From NCBI GenBank assembly GCA_964304625.1, contig OZ199840.1, positions 10,881,224 through 10,945,223 on the forward strand: a stretch of DNA of 64,000 bases. Direction: 5' to 3'. How positions within the stretch are numbered: the first letter of the stretch is position 1; every line of letters starts with the position of its first letter. A model generated the notes under the pieces. That model had not been told where the DNA came from, did no database searches, and saw only the letters and a list, made by a program, of their open reading frames with translations. Both the position numbers and the translations under genes were made by a program. This DNA is from Kudoa neothunni. Taxonomy: Eukaryota > Animalia > Cnidaria. Positions 37,345 to 50,224 of the stretch are shown piece after piece.

Positions 37345-38667
37345 TATACTATTAATTAATTTACTACTTTTGTATCTGTTGTATTTTTTTGTGAATTTTT
37401 GCGCTTGGGGGTTAAATACATATATTATATAATCCTAATCCACGGGTCATTAGAGTTTTTGATTAAGGGGCGCATTTTGTATATTCATAAACTTTGAAAG
37501 GTTGGACTAAAAAAAGTTTGAAAAATAACACAAAATTATTAAGTTGTATTTGAATGTAAAAAGTGAAATCAATCCATGTCCCATAAAAATTTAACCCACT
37601 TAGATATCGAATATATGAGTAGTTCCAATCATAAGCAATGCATTATGACGTTTATTTGGCAGTTGATCCCTGTGTACAAAATGAATTAATGTAGTTCCAA
37701 ACAGAAATAAATACTCTATAAAACTTTTTTAATCAGGAAAATCCATACGTGAGTAAACCTAATATAAAATTCAATTAGATCTAAAGCTTTGGATTTGTCA
37801 TTTAGTTGAGTATCGGCTTGTAAATCAATCAGTTACATTAGTAGCTCGGATGGAAAATATTCGATAACAAAAGTATGTATGTCACTTTGAAATAAAAATT
37901 ATGTGTAGGTAAATTTTCGCCCTGAATTTTTATATCAAAATCATTAAGATGGATTATAATACCCGCTTATATAGGCTGATTGTAATATATATATTATGGG
38001 ATTGTGAGAAAAAGAAATCCTTAACAAAATAGCACAAAATACATTATTGTATTTACATTACGAATCTTTATTATTAGTAGTTTTTCTCATTACAAACTAA
38101 ACGCCACGCCAGAACCGCTCCAATTGATTTTGGATCTTGTGTAAATAATAACACAGTTTGTAAAAATGGTGAAAATGCGGAAAAAGCGTAATACGTGATA
38201 TCAACAGATTTAAATCTTAAAATAAAGGCATATCCTATGGTGAAAAACTTATAACTCTCGTATGCATTTTAAGAAAACAACAGGGTCAATTTGGAAGATT
38301 TCGTCACCATTTGTAGTAAATATTGATTGAAAATAGCCCTATTCCTTTGGTCTAGAGTTAGATTCTCACTTAAGTAGAATTCTATTTTGAAATCTATTTT
38401 CACATCGCCAATATTACAGGACTATACCTCAAATAGGAGTTAAAATGCGAGTATCGGAATTAACTCACACTCAAATTTTCCGAATTTTCACGAACTTTAT
38501 AGACAGAGTGGAACATTTCAAGTTTGTTCGAGATTAGCTTAGACGTTGTTTATCTGCATTTATTATGTAGATAAATTACAAAAGAATTTCTAGTTTCACC
38601 AGGAGTCGGAAATTTTCTAAATTGAAAAATCTCTTAAAGCCATTTCTAAAATACGATAATCCTTTAA

Positions 38668-40090
38668 CCTTCCGAATGCTCCGAAAATTACTATACATTT
38701 GATGCTTTCGGAGTTATATATGACCCCAAAATTTGCTCCCATCATTTTTTTTAATATATTGGAAAACTTTCTGGTAAACTTTAAAAAAAATCTATCTACG
38801 AATTCATATTGAATTTCGAAAAAATATATAAAACGAAAACATACGATTCGTATGTAATTATTAAAATTTTCTTATAGTTTATTTAATTATTTTGTAACTT
38901 ACATTAGCTAAATATTAAATGAACTTGTTGAGGATTAATCTAATCCTACCTCCACAATAATTTGCACAATTATATTTACGTAGTAGTCGGGCGTTAATGT
39001 GTATTATTATAGCAAACAACGTGTCTCTGTCAACGTACATAACAGAACCTATACTTTATCTGGGTGAAAATAATTTCATTTTAGTAAAATCGAGTTTTTA
39101 CCAATGTAGTAAATAATGCGAATATTGAGTGGACTTCATCATTGTAAAACCATGAATGTTTGAATAAATTACTTAAAAATGACAGAATTTAAAATATTAT
39201 GACTAACAGCGTGTGAACAAATTAAGAAAATAACAAATGGCAAAAAACATACGTATATCGAACAGAAAGATTAGATTAATAACCAAGAAAGTCTAGTTCG
39301 GCGTTTTCCAAACTTTTTTCCACCGCACGCACCCTGATTTTAAAAAAAAGAAAAAATGTTCCGTTCCCAGACTTTTCCAAAAGTATTGGTTCTTAAACTT
39401 AAACCATTTACAACTTTCAATCAAACTTCCTGTCACATTAAAATATGAAAGCAATTAATATACATTTATTTTCGCATTAAAATTAACTTTTTAATTCTTG
39501 ACTTCGTCAAAAACCGCGCGAAATGAAACTAGTGATAATCCAACCTACATCACGCAAAACTTTAATGTATACGGGGCTTATAAACCTAAAATAAATAACC
39601 TTGATATAAAATGATCAATAATACATTAGGTTAAATCAAAATCAGGGAGATCGTGGTTATAAATAACAAAACATTGGGATTGTATTATAATATTCATAGT
39701 CATTTAAAAATAATCTATATCAAAAATCGAGGTATTGATTTCAACGTATGCAACATAATTGCTCAGGATTATAGACGTCCCCTTAGAGCTGTTCATTAAG
39801 TATTAAAACATTCCAATTCCCACAAAAATTCTTCCATGTCTCACCAGTGGGTCGTGGTTATTATGTTGGGAAACAATGCACTATACGATTTGGATTTCTC
39901 TGCAGTCCATACTTCGTTATATTTGTCGTGATGCAAAATTCAATTAATGGCAATTTATCAGAATTAGAATCTAATCCAGGATCATTATATTGAGTAGAAT
40001 TGAAAATTTCATCACAGTTACTCTTAAAATCCGTGGAACATTCTTCGTCAAAACTGTTCGTCATCCGACTAATCCCTTTCGTTGCCACTC
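38668..40090 (-). mobile_element. Highly decayed piggyBac remnant related to the 33154-35110 element
   Basis: TTAA|CCTTCCGAATGC..GACCCC terminus resembles the 35110 end. There is an acidic N-terminal fragment (39861-40088) and an LVSFR-like remnant at ~39520. The other terminus was not found. Confidence 0.55.
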
Positions 40091-42319
40091 ACATGAATTC
40101 ATGAAAGGTTTTTCCTCATTTCCTCTTTATTTTATCGATAGAATTCCATATAACTTTGGATTATGGTACTTTAATTTTCCGAATTATTCAATGGAAAAAA
40201 TTACATACGTAATAAAGGAGAAAACTTAAAAAATAATAATTACTTATTTAAAATATTAACCGACTAACCATTGGCTTCACTAGTTCATCTTTCCATTATT
40301 TTTTTATAAAACTTGGTATATATTTGTAATTTCGCCAAACCTTTAATTAATTTTATTATGTCGGTAGATAATGCTTTATAACAACATTTATAAACAATAT
40401 AATACAAAGGTGAACTCGCGAATCAAATGATTAGCTGTTTAGGTCTAAGAACGATCAGATGTAAATTTGTTGCCCCTCACATATCACATATTGCAAAAAA
40501 TCGTATAAATTATAAAATATATTTATAACATGTTGTCGCTAAAATCTATTTGGAGTGCATTTTTTTATTTTATATAATTGGCATCATTCAATAATGAGTC
40601 TTTAAAAGTTAATCAATTATAATTTGTTTTAACGCACAAATAAATCAACCCAAAAAAATTTATAAACTAAAAAATTCTTTAGTTTATATCACTATTTATT
40701 TAAAAAGTTGATAGATGATTTATGACAATGATAGGGACGATAGTTTTAATATAATGTGCAATGCTTACTTAATTTAAATGGTTGAATCGTATAGTTTTGA
40801 AAATGAAATATCCTTAAAAATGTTTCTAAGACGTATAAATAATTTAAAAGTGAATATATGAACAATGGAGTGAGTTCTAGTTGATTTTTGGAAATTTAAC
40901 GAAGATTTCACGTGTCGGCGATGTTGTAACTGTTGTATGTGTTGTATTGGGGATTTGATAACAAAATCACAAGTTACCCTAATTAGCTGAATCATTCCTT
41001 ATGTTGTTCTTTTATTACCTTATAAACAATCTTTTAAGAATAAACAAAAAATTATATTCGTAATGGAATTTTCTAGATATCTAATCTCTCTTATTACTTG
41101 ATCTAGAAATCAGCTTCTCCGATTTTGATAAACATCCATTGATTAAGATGGATGACCCAACATAAGGAGTATCACATATTTTAAGATAGTATAATCAAAA
41201 TATTAACAATAATTTATATAAATCTATACTTAATAAAATCCCAGACACCAGGTCGACCCTGTGACTTAATACATTAATCTTCAATATGGTAATAAAAAAG
41301 TATCGACTTTAAGCGAAAAGTATCTCGACACTAGGTTCTAAACACATAATATCAAAGTGATAGAATTTCACGAACACAAAATAAATCAGGAAACTATTAA
41401 ACAATTCGTGGGTGTACACTACCAATCACGAACTAATTCAGCATTTGGTAGAAATTTTGTCACAGACTCGAACGAGAGAAAATTCATTTTCTGGTTGTCA
41501 CCCACCATTGGATGTCTTTACACTTCACCATTTTATAAGTAATGAAGCAACTCTGTTTTATTTGTTTAACTAATAATCAGTTTTTAAATATAATTAAACC
41601 CTAAAAGTTCAGGAATGTCGTCTCTGTATAAGGAGAGAATTTGTGTACCTACTACATATAAGGACACTTAAATTTTGTATACATAGGATACAGTAGAATA
41701 TGATGTTTAAACTAATTATTTTATAATTAATTCTTTATAATTACAACAGAAGTATATTTAAATCATACTCGCTTCATGGTTAAATCCCATCGCGTTAGAA
41801 ATTATTTAATAGCTTTAATTTATTTATGTTTGAAGATTCAAACTGATCTTTGAAAAAAAGTAAATTAATTATTTTATTGATATTATTGAGTTAAATGAGT
41901 AATTCCTAATTTTAATGTTATTTTACAATGGATTTTTATTTTTGGATTTATATCTCAAGAGGGCATATTATTATAATTTGTTGTCCCACGGTGGTTAAAA
42001 ATGTATAATTACAAATCAAAACATTAGTTTTGATTAAAAATATGTGATAAAGTATCCTTTACATTTAATTCAGTTAAAATATGATTATGTTCGTTTTGAT
42101 GTGAGTAGGTTTAAACCATAAATATCATTCAATCTTTGATTAATTAAACCAAGAAATTCTGTTATGACTATAATTCAGCATGGAATTCGAATGTAGACCA
42201 GTGTTTGGGGTGTCAATCTGTATACATCTAAAGTATAGGGATAGTTATTGTGCTATGATAAGATATTATAATTAGAACAGATTAAACGTAAGTGTGGCAT
42301 ATGATTTAATGTTTTCGCT

Positions 42320-43321
42320 ATGATATTAATTCTATTATATATCTCATCGTACCTATTTGGCTTTACGCTGGCTAATAGAGTATTAAATGATGAATATGAA
42401 GCAATATTAAATATGAAATTGATCAGTCAATTCAAAATATGTATGAAATATGTAAGATCTAAAAAAATTTTTCAAGTAGCCAACGTCGCAACTATTGATC
42501 CCGAAATAGTTATTATAGTGAATTCTATACCAGACGATTATATTAGTAGATGCGGAATCCGCGTAAGTTGGAGTCACTTGACAGCCAAAGAATATTTTGG
42601 AATAAATTCGTATTTGGTTTTATTTCAAACTGGCCATAGCCAAAGCTACAAAATGGATAGGCTGATAAAAGAAAATCACACATTCGGGGACATGCTCATC
42701 CACACGAACGTGCATGATTCCTACAGAAATTTATCCAGAAAGAATATTGAGTCATTAAAATTCATTACCCGTTATTTTCCTAACGTCAAGTTGATTGTTA
42801 AAACCGATTCTGATGTTTTTATTAATATGGAAGCATATATGCACCACCTGGCCAATGTGAAAAACTCAAATATCAAATATGAAGGTTTAATGTAGTATTA
42901 ATGTTTATTTTGTATTCATCTAGTAAATAACTAATGTTTTAGAATGAAAAATCAAAGTGTAGTGAGAGCGAAACAGTTTAGAAATTACGAATCATTTGAA
43001 AACTACGCCGAAAGTCATTATCCATCTTATTGCACCGGAGGTGGGTATTTCATAAGAGTCAATACTTTGCGCTGCTTGATCGAAAATACATTGAGTTACC
43101 CATTTCTAAATAATGAAGATACAAATATGGCTATTAGCTTGTTGAAGTGCGGAGTTCAACCTTCCACTAATGAATCGTATTGCCGCCATGCAATGTTCAA
43201 TCCTAGCTATGTTTATGCGTTCAAACGAATAAAGGACTTCAAGAATTGTTTTTTTATTCACGGAATCAGCGGTTATTCGCAAATATTACTGAAAGAATTA
43301 TTTTTAAAGTGGTCCATTTAA
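42320..43321 (+). CDS. GT31 family beta-1,3-galactosyl/GlcNAc transferase, 2 exons (intron ~42892-42942)
   Basis: N-terminal hydrophobic anchor, then R..IR.SW, E...FGDML, DSYRNLS.K, KTDSDVF (DxD), YPSYCTGGGY and ED motifs. The splice EGLI|MKN keeps the frame. Confidence 0.9.
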
Positions 43322-44293
43322 CATAAGACAGATTTTATCCATTAATTTACTTTTTTTTGTTATTTTTGTTTTTATCTTTGAATCACCACATTATTACTAA
43401 CATTTTAACGGTATGTTTAGTAAGTAGCCGATAGTAGGTAATACTCTCGGGCCCCTTTAAAAATTGCGTATTAAATGTTACAACTGATCGATCATACGCT
43501 ATCAAACTGCATGCGCCGTTATTTTTTCATTATGTTTTCTTTATCATTCAGAATGAATCATAAAACTTTTTTTAGATTAGAATAACCAAACATATCTTTT
43601 AAGACTGCTGAATGAAAAGAATATGTAATTTTTGATAAAATATTTACAATTGTAACGAGGACTCGAATGCATAATAACCCCTCACGACTGTAATCTTTTT
43701 ATGTTAAGATAAAATTTAGCCAATGGTCAGTTCTACCAACTTATGAATATTGTTTTTTTCTAATTTATTTTTTAACGCTTTATGAAATAAAATTACTTAT
43801 ATTTTACCCATAAATATTTTTTTATTTTTCATCTATAACACGACTTTTTAATTGATTACTATATGTTAAATATTTCAGATACGCTTTATATATTGACGGT
43901 AAATCAAATGATTATGTTTATTTTTGCCTAGTTAACTTCTTATATGTCATAAACATACTCTCAATGTTTCCACCATTGGATTTAATTTAGTATAAATCGT
44001 TTCTAATAAAATCAGATGATTTTATTTCAATGAAATATAAACTCTTAGGACAAACTTACAAAAAATTTACGACTAGGATGAAAACTCATTATCTGTATTT
44101 GTATTAACGTTAACATATTATAAATGAAAATATATTTGATCCATATCCAACTCTCTTTTATGACTATGCTAGCTAATATTGATGTCAATGTCTACTGCAT
44201 TAAATAACTCTTTCGAGCATGGCTAAATTTCGCCGATGAAGTGCGCAATAGGAACCGACCTTGACTTGAATTGGATGTTTTTTCGCCAGCGCG

Positions 44294-45430
44294 ATGTCAG
44301 AGGAGATTGACTCCAATAAACCAAAATACATACTTCTAAAAAATATTACAAGTGGAAGAACAATTTTTTACAACAGATGTATTTATGTTGAAGTTTATTC
44401 TAACAACGAAAATATATTTTGGAGATGTCAAACTCGAGAATGCAAAGGAAGATTGAAAACATTCCCATTAAATGGAATAAAAGAGATTAAGGAGAGGAGA
44501 ACACTAAATACCTAACAAACAATATATACTCAATGGTTACGAACCATATTAACTTTTATAACCTTCCAATTGTTCAAAAAAATCAATATACAAAAATATA
44601 CAGAATTCTCAAAAAAGGGATGCAATCGAAATTAACAATGAATCAAAAGACCTCAATCGAATTATTATATTTTCTACACCAAAAAATCTAATTCATTTAA
44701 GTAATGCTAGTGTTTGGATATCTCATGGAACTTTTAAGGTAGCCGAAAAAAATTTTTCACAGTTGTATGTATTATATGTAATTCATGGGAAAATATTTTG
44801 GAAATATTGTACATTAATGCATATATTCATGACAAAACGTACTGAGGCCACATATTGTAAAGTTATCAATTCTTAAAGTGAATAATTTTGTTTTCCCGGA
44901 ATACTTAGTGATAAATTTCGAAATCCAGTCGTTTTATGCGTATAAAAAAGCATCAGGAAAAATCTCCATTAGGTTTTGCTTATTCCACTTCAGCCAATGT
45001 ATTTGGAGACGAATTCAAAAATTGAAGAATAAGGCAAGTCAATTCTCTGATGTCAATTTGGACTCATTCATTAATTATTTTGAGAAGAATTTCGTTAAAT
45101 CACTAAAATATCCCCTAGAAAATTGGAAAACTTATGATCGCATTAAGGAGGGGGTCAATTTAGCTTAAGCATTTAATTGCCATTTTCATAAAAGATTTGA
45201 TCAATCTCATGCTGGGTTGCACTTATTTATTGAAAAATTAAAAGTGAACCAAAGCAACACTGAACAAGAAATTCAGTTTCGTATGTGCAATCCTAACATG
45301 GTCTCATCAGAAAAAGATCAAATTGAGAAGATGGAGAAACTGAAAGATATATGCTCCAATTACGAAAAACATTATGAACTTATTATTTAGAAGTGATCGC
45401 CACAACTTATAATTGGACTCTAGAATAACT
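44294..45430 (+). mobile_element. Mutator-like (MULE) transposase pseudogene with FLYWCH-like N-terminus
   Basis: FWRCQTRECKGRLKT, degenerate WISHGTFKVA..FSQLY (DGTF motif) and FCLFHFSQCIWRRIQ, with stops and frameshifts. Confidence 0.8.
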
Positions 45431-45489
45431 AATATATTATTATTTGATTTATTTTTGTTACAATATCAATGTTCCCAAACGTTTTAAAT

Positions 45490-45695
45490 AGGAGACCCAT
45501 TATAGAAACTTATCTGACTATGGATATTAACGTCGTATCATTAATCATTCAACTGAATACGTTCGAAATAGTGTCCATTCAAACTGTATTGACTGTTTCT
45601 GGAGTCATTATAAACTTAGACTCATTAAAATAAAGAGAGGGATGGCCCCAAAAAACCTTGTCTCATATCTTCATGAGGCCTGGTATAGATAATGA
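45490..45695 (+). mobile_element. Merlin/IS1595(ISXO2)-like transposase C-terminal fragment
   Basis: YRNLSDYGY*RRIINHSTEYVRNSVHSNCIDCFWSHYKLRL...RG..KNLVSYLHEAWYR matches the vNHs..hTN.IE.fWs.lK..rG..YL.E..wR signature. Confidence 0.78.
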
Positions 45696-46889
45696 AACGG
45701 GAGACAATTTACACTATTAAATAATATTACGAAAACTATTAGTGGATTCTGAAGTTATTTTGTAATTTTATTAAGAGTCAAACTCTATTTTTATGGTTTT
45801 TAATAATATCGTAATCGCACGTGAATTGATTATAAGATTTTTTTATTAAACAGGTTATACTTGACGAGAAGGTAAAATATAATAGTTTTACTCGTGGCAT
45901 AATATAATCTTAATTTAAACTCTTCAAAATATAGGCTGTATGTTAATTAAAATGTCTTATACCTTCGCATTGTACTCTTTGTTATATAACAAAAACTTAT
46001 CAAACAAAATTTATATTATTGTTCGAAATTTATTTTAAAAGAATATAAGTTTTTAATATAACGAATGAATGTTTAATAATAATAATTCAAATTGGACAAA
46101 ATGATACAAATAATAAAATTAAGGATAAATTTAATTGTATACACACATATAAAATGTCTGGTAAACATATTTATTCGTTTCTTCCACTTATTGAGGTACA
46201 ATGTATCGAATATATCATTCAAATACATAGAATTTTATTTTTTAATAACAAATATAAAGAATGTAATTCATAAAAATTGATAAACTAAAATAAAATAGAA
46301 TCATGCAATCTATCCATGAATTACAGAATATGACTATCGCAGCAGCTAGAAAAACGCAACTTTCGGAGAATTTGTGCTGATTCTTAAAAGTTGTTGAAAT
46401 TAAGTAAAACATATATTAATCAATAAAAAAAATAACACTATGATACGACAGAATTATTGTCTCAGTAAGTCCAAGAATCAAAGAGAAAACAGTCAATCAA
46501 AATTCCCACGAGAACATAAAAAAGCTAATACCATCGATAATCGGATTATGATGGTGAAACTATTGGAAAAATACCATTTATATTTTGATATGATTCCTTA
46601 ACGCTCCATGTGCTTTTTGTTTGAAATACACAATCGTGAGGAAATTAGAACTAGCATCTATTCGCGGTTAACTAGTTTCGCGTATAATGAGTTCAGAAGG
46701 TCACAAATTATTCATCGAACGTTTCTCTTTATTCGGTGATTTTAAAGAATCACCAAATTATTATATAAATGTAAAATACTTTATATTTCGCTTATTAATA
46801 CCTAATTAGAGTTCTGGCTATTCATATCGAATAGAAAAAGGTGTAAAATTGTTACAATATTTTGACAAAGAAGATCTTTTATATAAATA

Positions 46890-47060
46890 TATTAAATGTA
46901 TATGTTCGTATGGGAAACAAAGAGGGGAGCGATCCGACGTGATCAGGTAAAGTCAACAATTGGGTACCAACTGCGAAGCGTATATAACTCTGCCATATTC
47001 CCATGATAGTTTGTATGTATCCAAGTTTAATATTAACCCCAACCACAAAAAATTCCATAT
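46890..47060 (+). pseudogene. Possible FAR1/WRKY-like MULE DNA-binding domain fragment
   Basis: TNCEAYITL..LYVSKFNINPNH resembles T.C.A.I....V..F...HNH. Short and degenerate. Confidence 0.35.
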
Positions 47061-47264
47061 ATATCAACATCAACACAATCAAAATATTCCGTCCCCAACA
47101 AGACAAGTTCTAACCAAATGTTTCACTTTAAGTTGCGATAACAAAAAATTAAAGTTATCCTTGGAATCTGAACCAGATTTCCTCATTAGTTTGGAAAATA
47201 TTTGTAATTTAAAATTTAAAGAAAATTCGAATTAATCAATAAATAATTATTTTTGAAGACTTAA

Positions 47265-49516
47265 CCCTTTCGTGCCAAATGTCCACCCTAGTACCCAAAA
47301 AATTAAACGTCCCATAAATATGCACGTTAAATTTATTTAGATGATTTATTGAATTATTACACTTTTTAAAAGTTAAATGTTTGTTTTTAGTGATAGCCAA
47401 TTAAGTAAACTAAGAGACCTAGCATTTATAGTAAGTTAAATAGAAATCCTTACATAAAATAAACAGGGAGTACAAGAAATTCAAATTTATGCACATGCAG
47501 TCAGTTTTTTCTCGTCGAAAAAAATTTGAATTTGGAAACGTTAAAACGTGATTCAATGTGCTACATTTCATTAGACACATGACAACCTATCAAAATATAA
47601 TGACTAATCAACACATGGATCACGATTTGGTTTTTAGATGTTCAAAAGAGGGAAAAACGACAACTGAAATTGTGGTATTTCCTGATGCGGATATTTCTGA
47701 TCCAGAAGAATACGTTGAAGATTTTGGAACACAAAATCTCGAAGAAAGGGTGCTTTAGGCGTACACCGAAAATAATCAAGATTCAGACTGTTCTGATGAG
47801 GAAGTTGTACCAACCTTTAATTGGAATATAGGTGAAACCTTTGCAAATACGCCAAATAAGTCGGAGACGGAAGATATTGTTTTTAGTGAAGTTACCGATC
47901 TCGTTTTACCGATAAATTATTTCAACTTCTTTTTCAATGAAGACCTGATTCTGTTAATTATTGAAAAGACAAATTTATATTCGGTTCAGCAAAATTCTAG
48001 TTTTCGAGTTGGTAAAGATGATATAAAAAAGTTTATAGGAACGTTGATTATCATGGGAATTGTCAAAATGCCGAGATATCGTTGCTATTGGTCTAAAACT
48101 CTAAATTACCCACCTGTTTCTGAGTTTATGTCGAGAACCCACTTCTAAAATATTTCAAAATATTTACATTTCACTGATAATTCAAAATTTATCACAAATC
48201 CAAATTCTTCAGAATATGATAAATTTGCAATGATTCGACCGGTTTTGGATTCTATTAGAACAAATTGTTTGAAAGTTGAATGTGGACGAAAGAACTCAGT
48301 TGATGAGCAAATTATTCCATTCAAAGGTAGGTGTAAAGCGAAACAATATGCTCCAAAGAAACCGATGAAATGGGGACTCAAAATGTTCACGAGATGTGGA
48401 GTTAATGGGCGGCTAGTGCATGATTTTTATCTGTATGATGGGAAAAACCCCAAGGTGGTTAAAAGTTGTGGTCTAGTATCCGGTGACTTTGTTATAAAGT
48501 TGTGCGAGAGTTTACCCTTGTGCAAAACTTACTTTGTCTACTTCGACAATTGGTTTACATCCATTCCTCTTCAAATTTTATTAAAAAAAGGAGAATTTGA
48601 GAGTTTGCACGACTCTAATGATAATATTTCCATAACGCGTTGGTTTGACGGATCTGTTGCAACTTTCTCATCAACCCATTCTTCAATCCAACCGATTAAA
48701 ATGGCGAAAAGATTTGACCGTTCCAAAAAAATCATGATTGACATTCGGTGCCCTGCAGTTGTAGCTGAATATAACCAAAATATGGGAGGAGTGGATCTTT
48801 CAGATATGTTGAGTTGATGTCGCTCTATGTAATGAAACATAAATGTAAGAAATATTACATGCGAATTTTCTTCTGGGCCCTCAATACATGTATTATAAAT
48901 GCGTGGTTATTATATAAGCGAAATTGTACGATTCGAAAATTTCCAAAGAGAGATATACTGAACTTGGTGAATTTTTCATTGAAAATAAGTGAAAGTCTTC
49001 GTTAATACCAAATAGCAAGTGCTCCCAAAAAACGTGGTAGACCGACTCTTAATAATTCTTTCGAAACAATTGATGATAAATATGAAAGAACTGAGAGAAT
49101 AAGAACACATCCTCTCAGTAATCATATTCGACCGGATAACGTAGGGCTTTATCCTGAAATAGTGTCAATTAAATCCAGGTGTAGAATATGCCAACGAAAA
49201 ACTCAATTTAAATGCACTAAATGTTATTCTTTTTGTTGTATTGTTAAAGATAGAAACTGTTTTTTAAATTATCATAGTTCAAATATCTAAAAAATGTTCA
49301 AATTTATTTTGTTTGTTTTGTGCGCAATTCAATGCGCGAAATCGTAGTTTTACCACCTAAGCCAACTGTCCACCTCAGTACCCACGTTAAAAACGGCTGA
49401 AATTATACTTCTAATTAATTTATATCTCAATAAAATCATTAAATATAGGATTTTTAGTGCCTATAATATATTTTAAAATATCGTGAAATGAAATAAAAAA
49501 TATGGGTACGAAAGGG
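47265..49516 (+). mobile_element. piggyBac transposon with both termini and an inactivated transposase
   Basis: TTAA|CCCTTTCGTGCC ... GGTACGAAAGGG|TTAA. Motifs SVDEQIIPFKGR..KKPMKWGLK, YFDNWFTS, EYNQNMGGVDLSD and a C-terminal Cys-rich domain RCRICQRKTQFKCTKC..CFLNYH. It has premature stops, a frameshift and an internal deletion. Confidence 0.95.
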
Positions 49517-50224
49517 TTAAATTTGTTAACTCGCCCACAGAATAATTATTTTGAATGATTTGATTATTCGCAGGAAGGTTTCTTTAACGTTGTGTGTGGT
49601 TAATTGGATTTTATTATTTAAGTTGGGATTACGTGGAATCCCTCGCTGCATTTCATACGAACCATATTTTTGATTTATTTGTTCACAACGAATGATAATT
49701 TATCATTTTTATTTATTTAATAGTCAAAAACTTTCGCATTATTATTAATAAGAATTAGAAAATTTCAATTTAGTTAAGTGTAAAAAAGATGGCGATTCAG
49801 TACAACATCTGCATCTGTTATGTACGAAATTAGTTGTGCTGTATTTGAAGGCGCCAAAGTGGCTTCGCGAATTTTGAAAGTCACAATAAATTTTCATCAA
49901 AAATTAAATAAGGCAATTAGATGAATACAAAAATTGATAAGATTATTAAATTATAATTAGTTATTATGCACGTCATGTAGGAAGTTTAAAATGCATATAA
50001 CCCAACAACCGATTCACTTGAAAATATTTTAATTTCGAATATTTAGAAAATTATAAATTTTTGATGAATTAATAATAAATTATCATTTTAATTATACTAT
50101 AAGAAATTACCAATTAAGGTGGATTAGCACTGATAATATCCTTTTTTATTAAAGATCTTTTTTAGAGAATCCTTCGATATCGACTATAGTTGTCGTTGGT
50201 TAAGTCCATCTAAAAAGTAATACG

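Noticed and set aside
38340-38380. tRNA-Pro-like 5' half (ttggtctagagttagattctcactta)
   Set aside because: No T-arm or B box follows; at most a decayed fragment.
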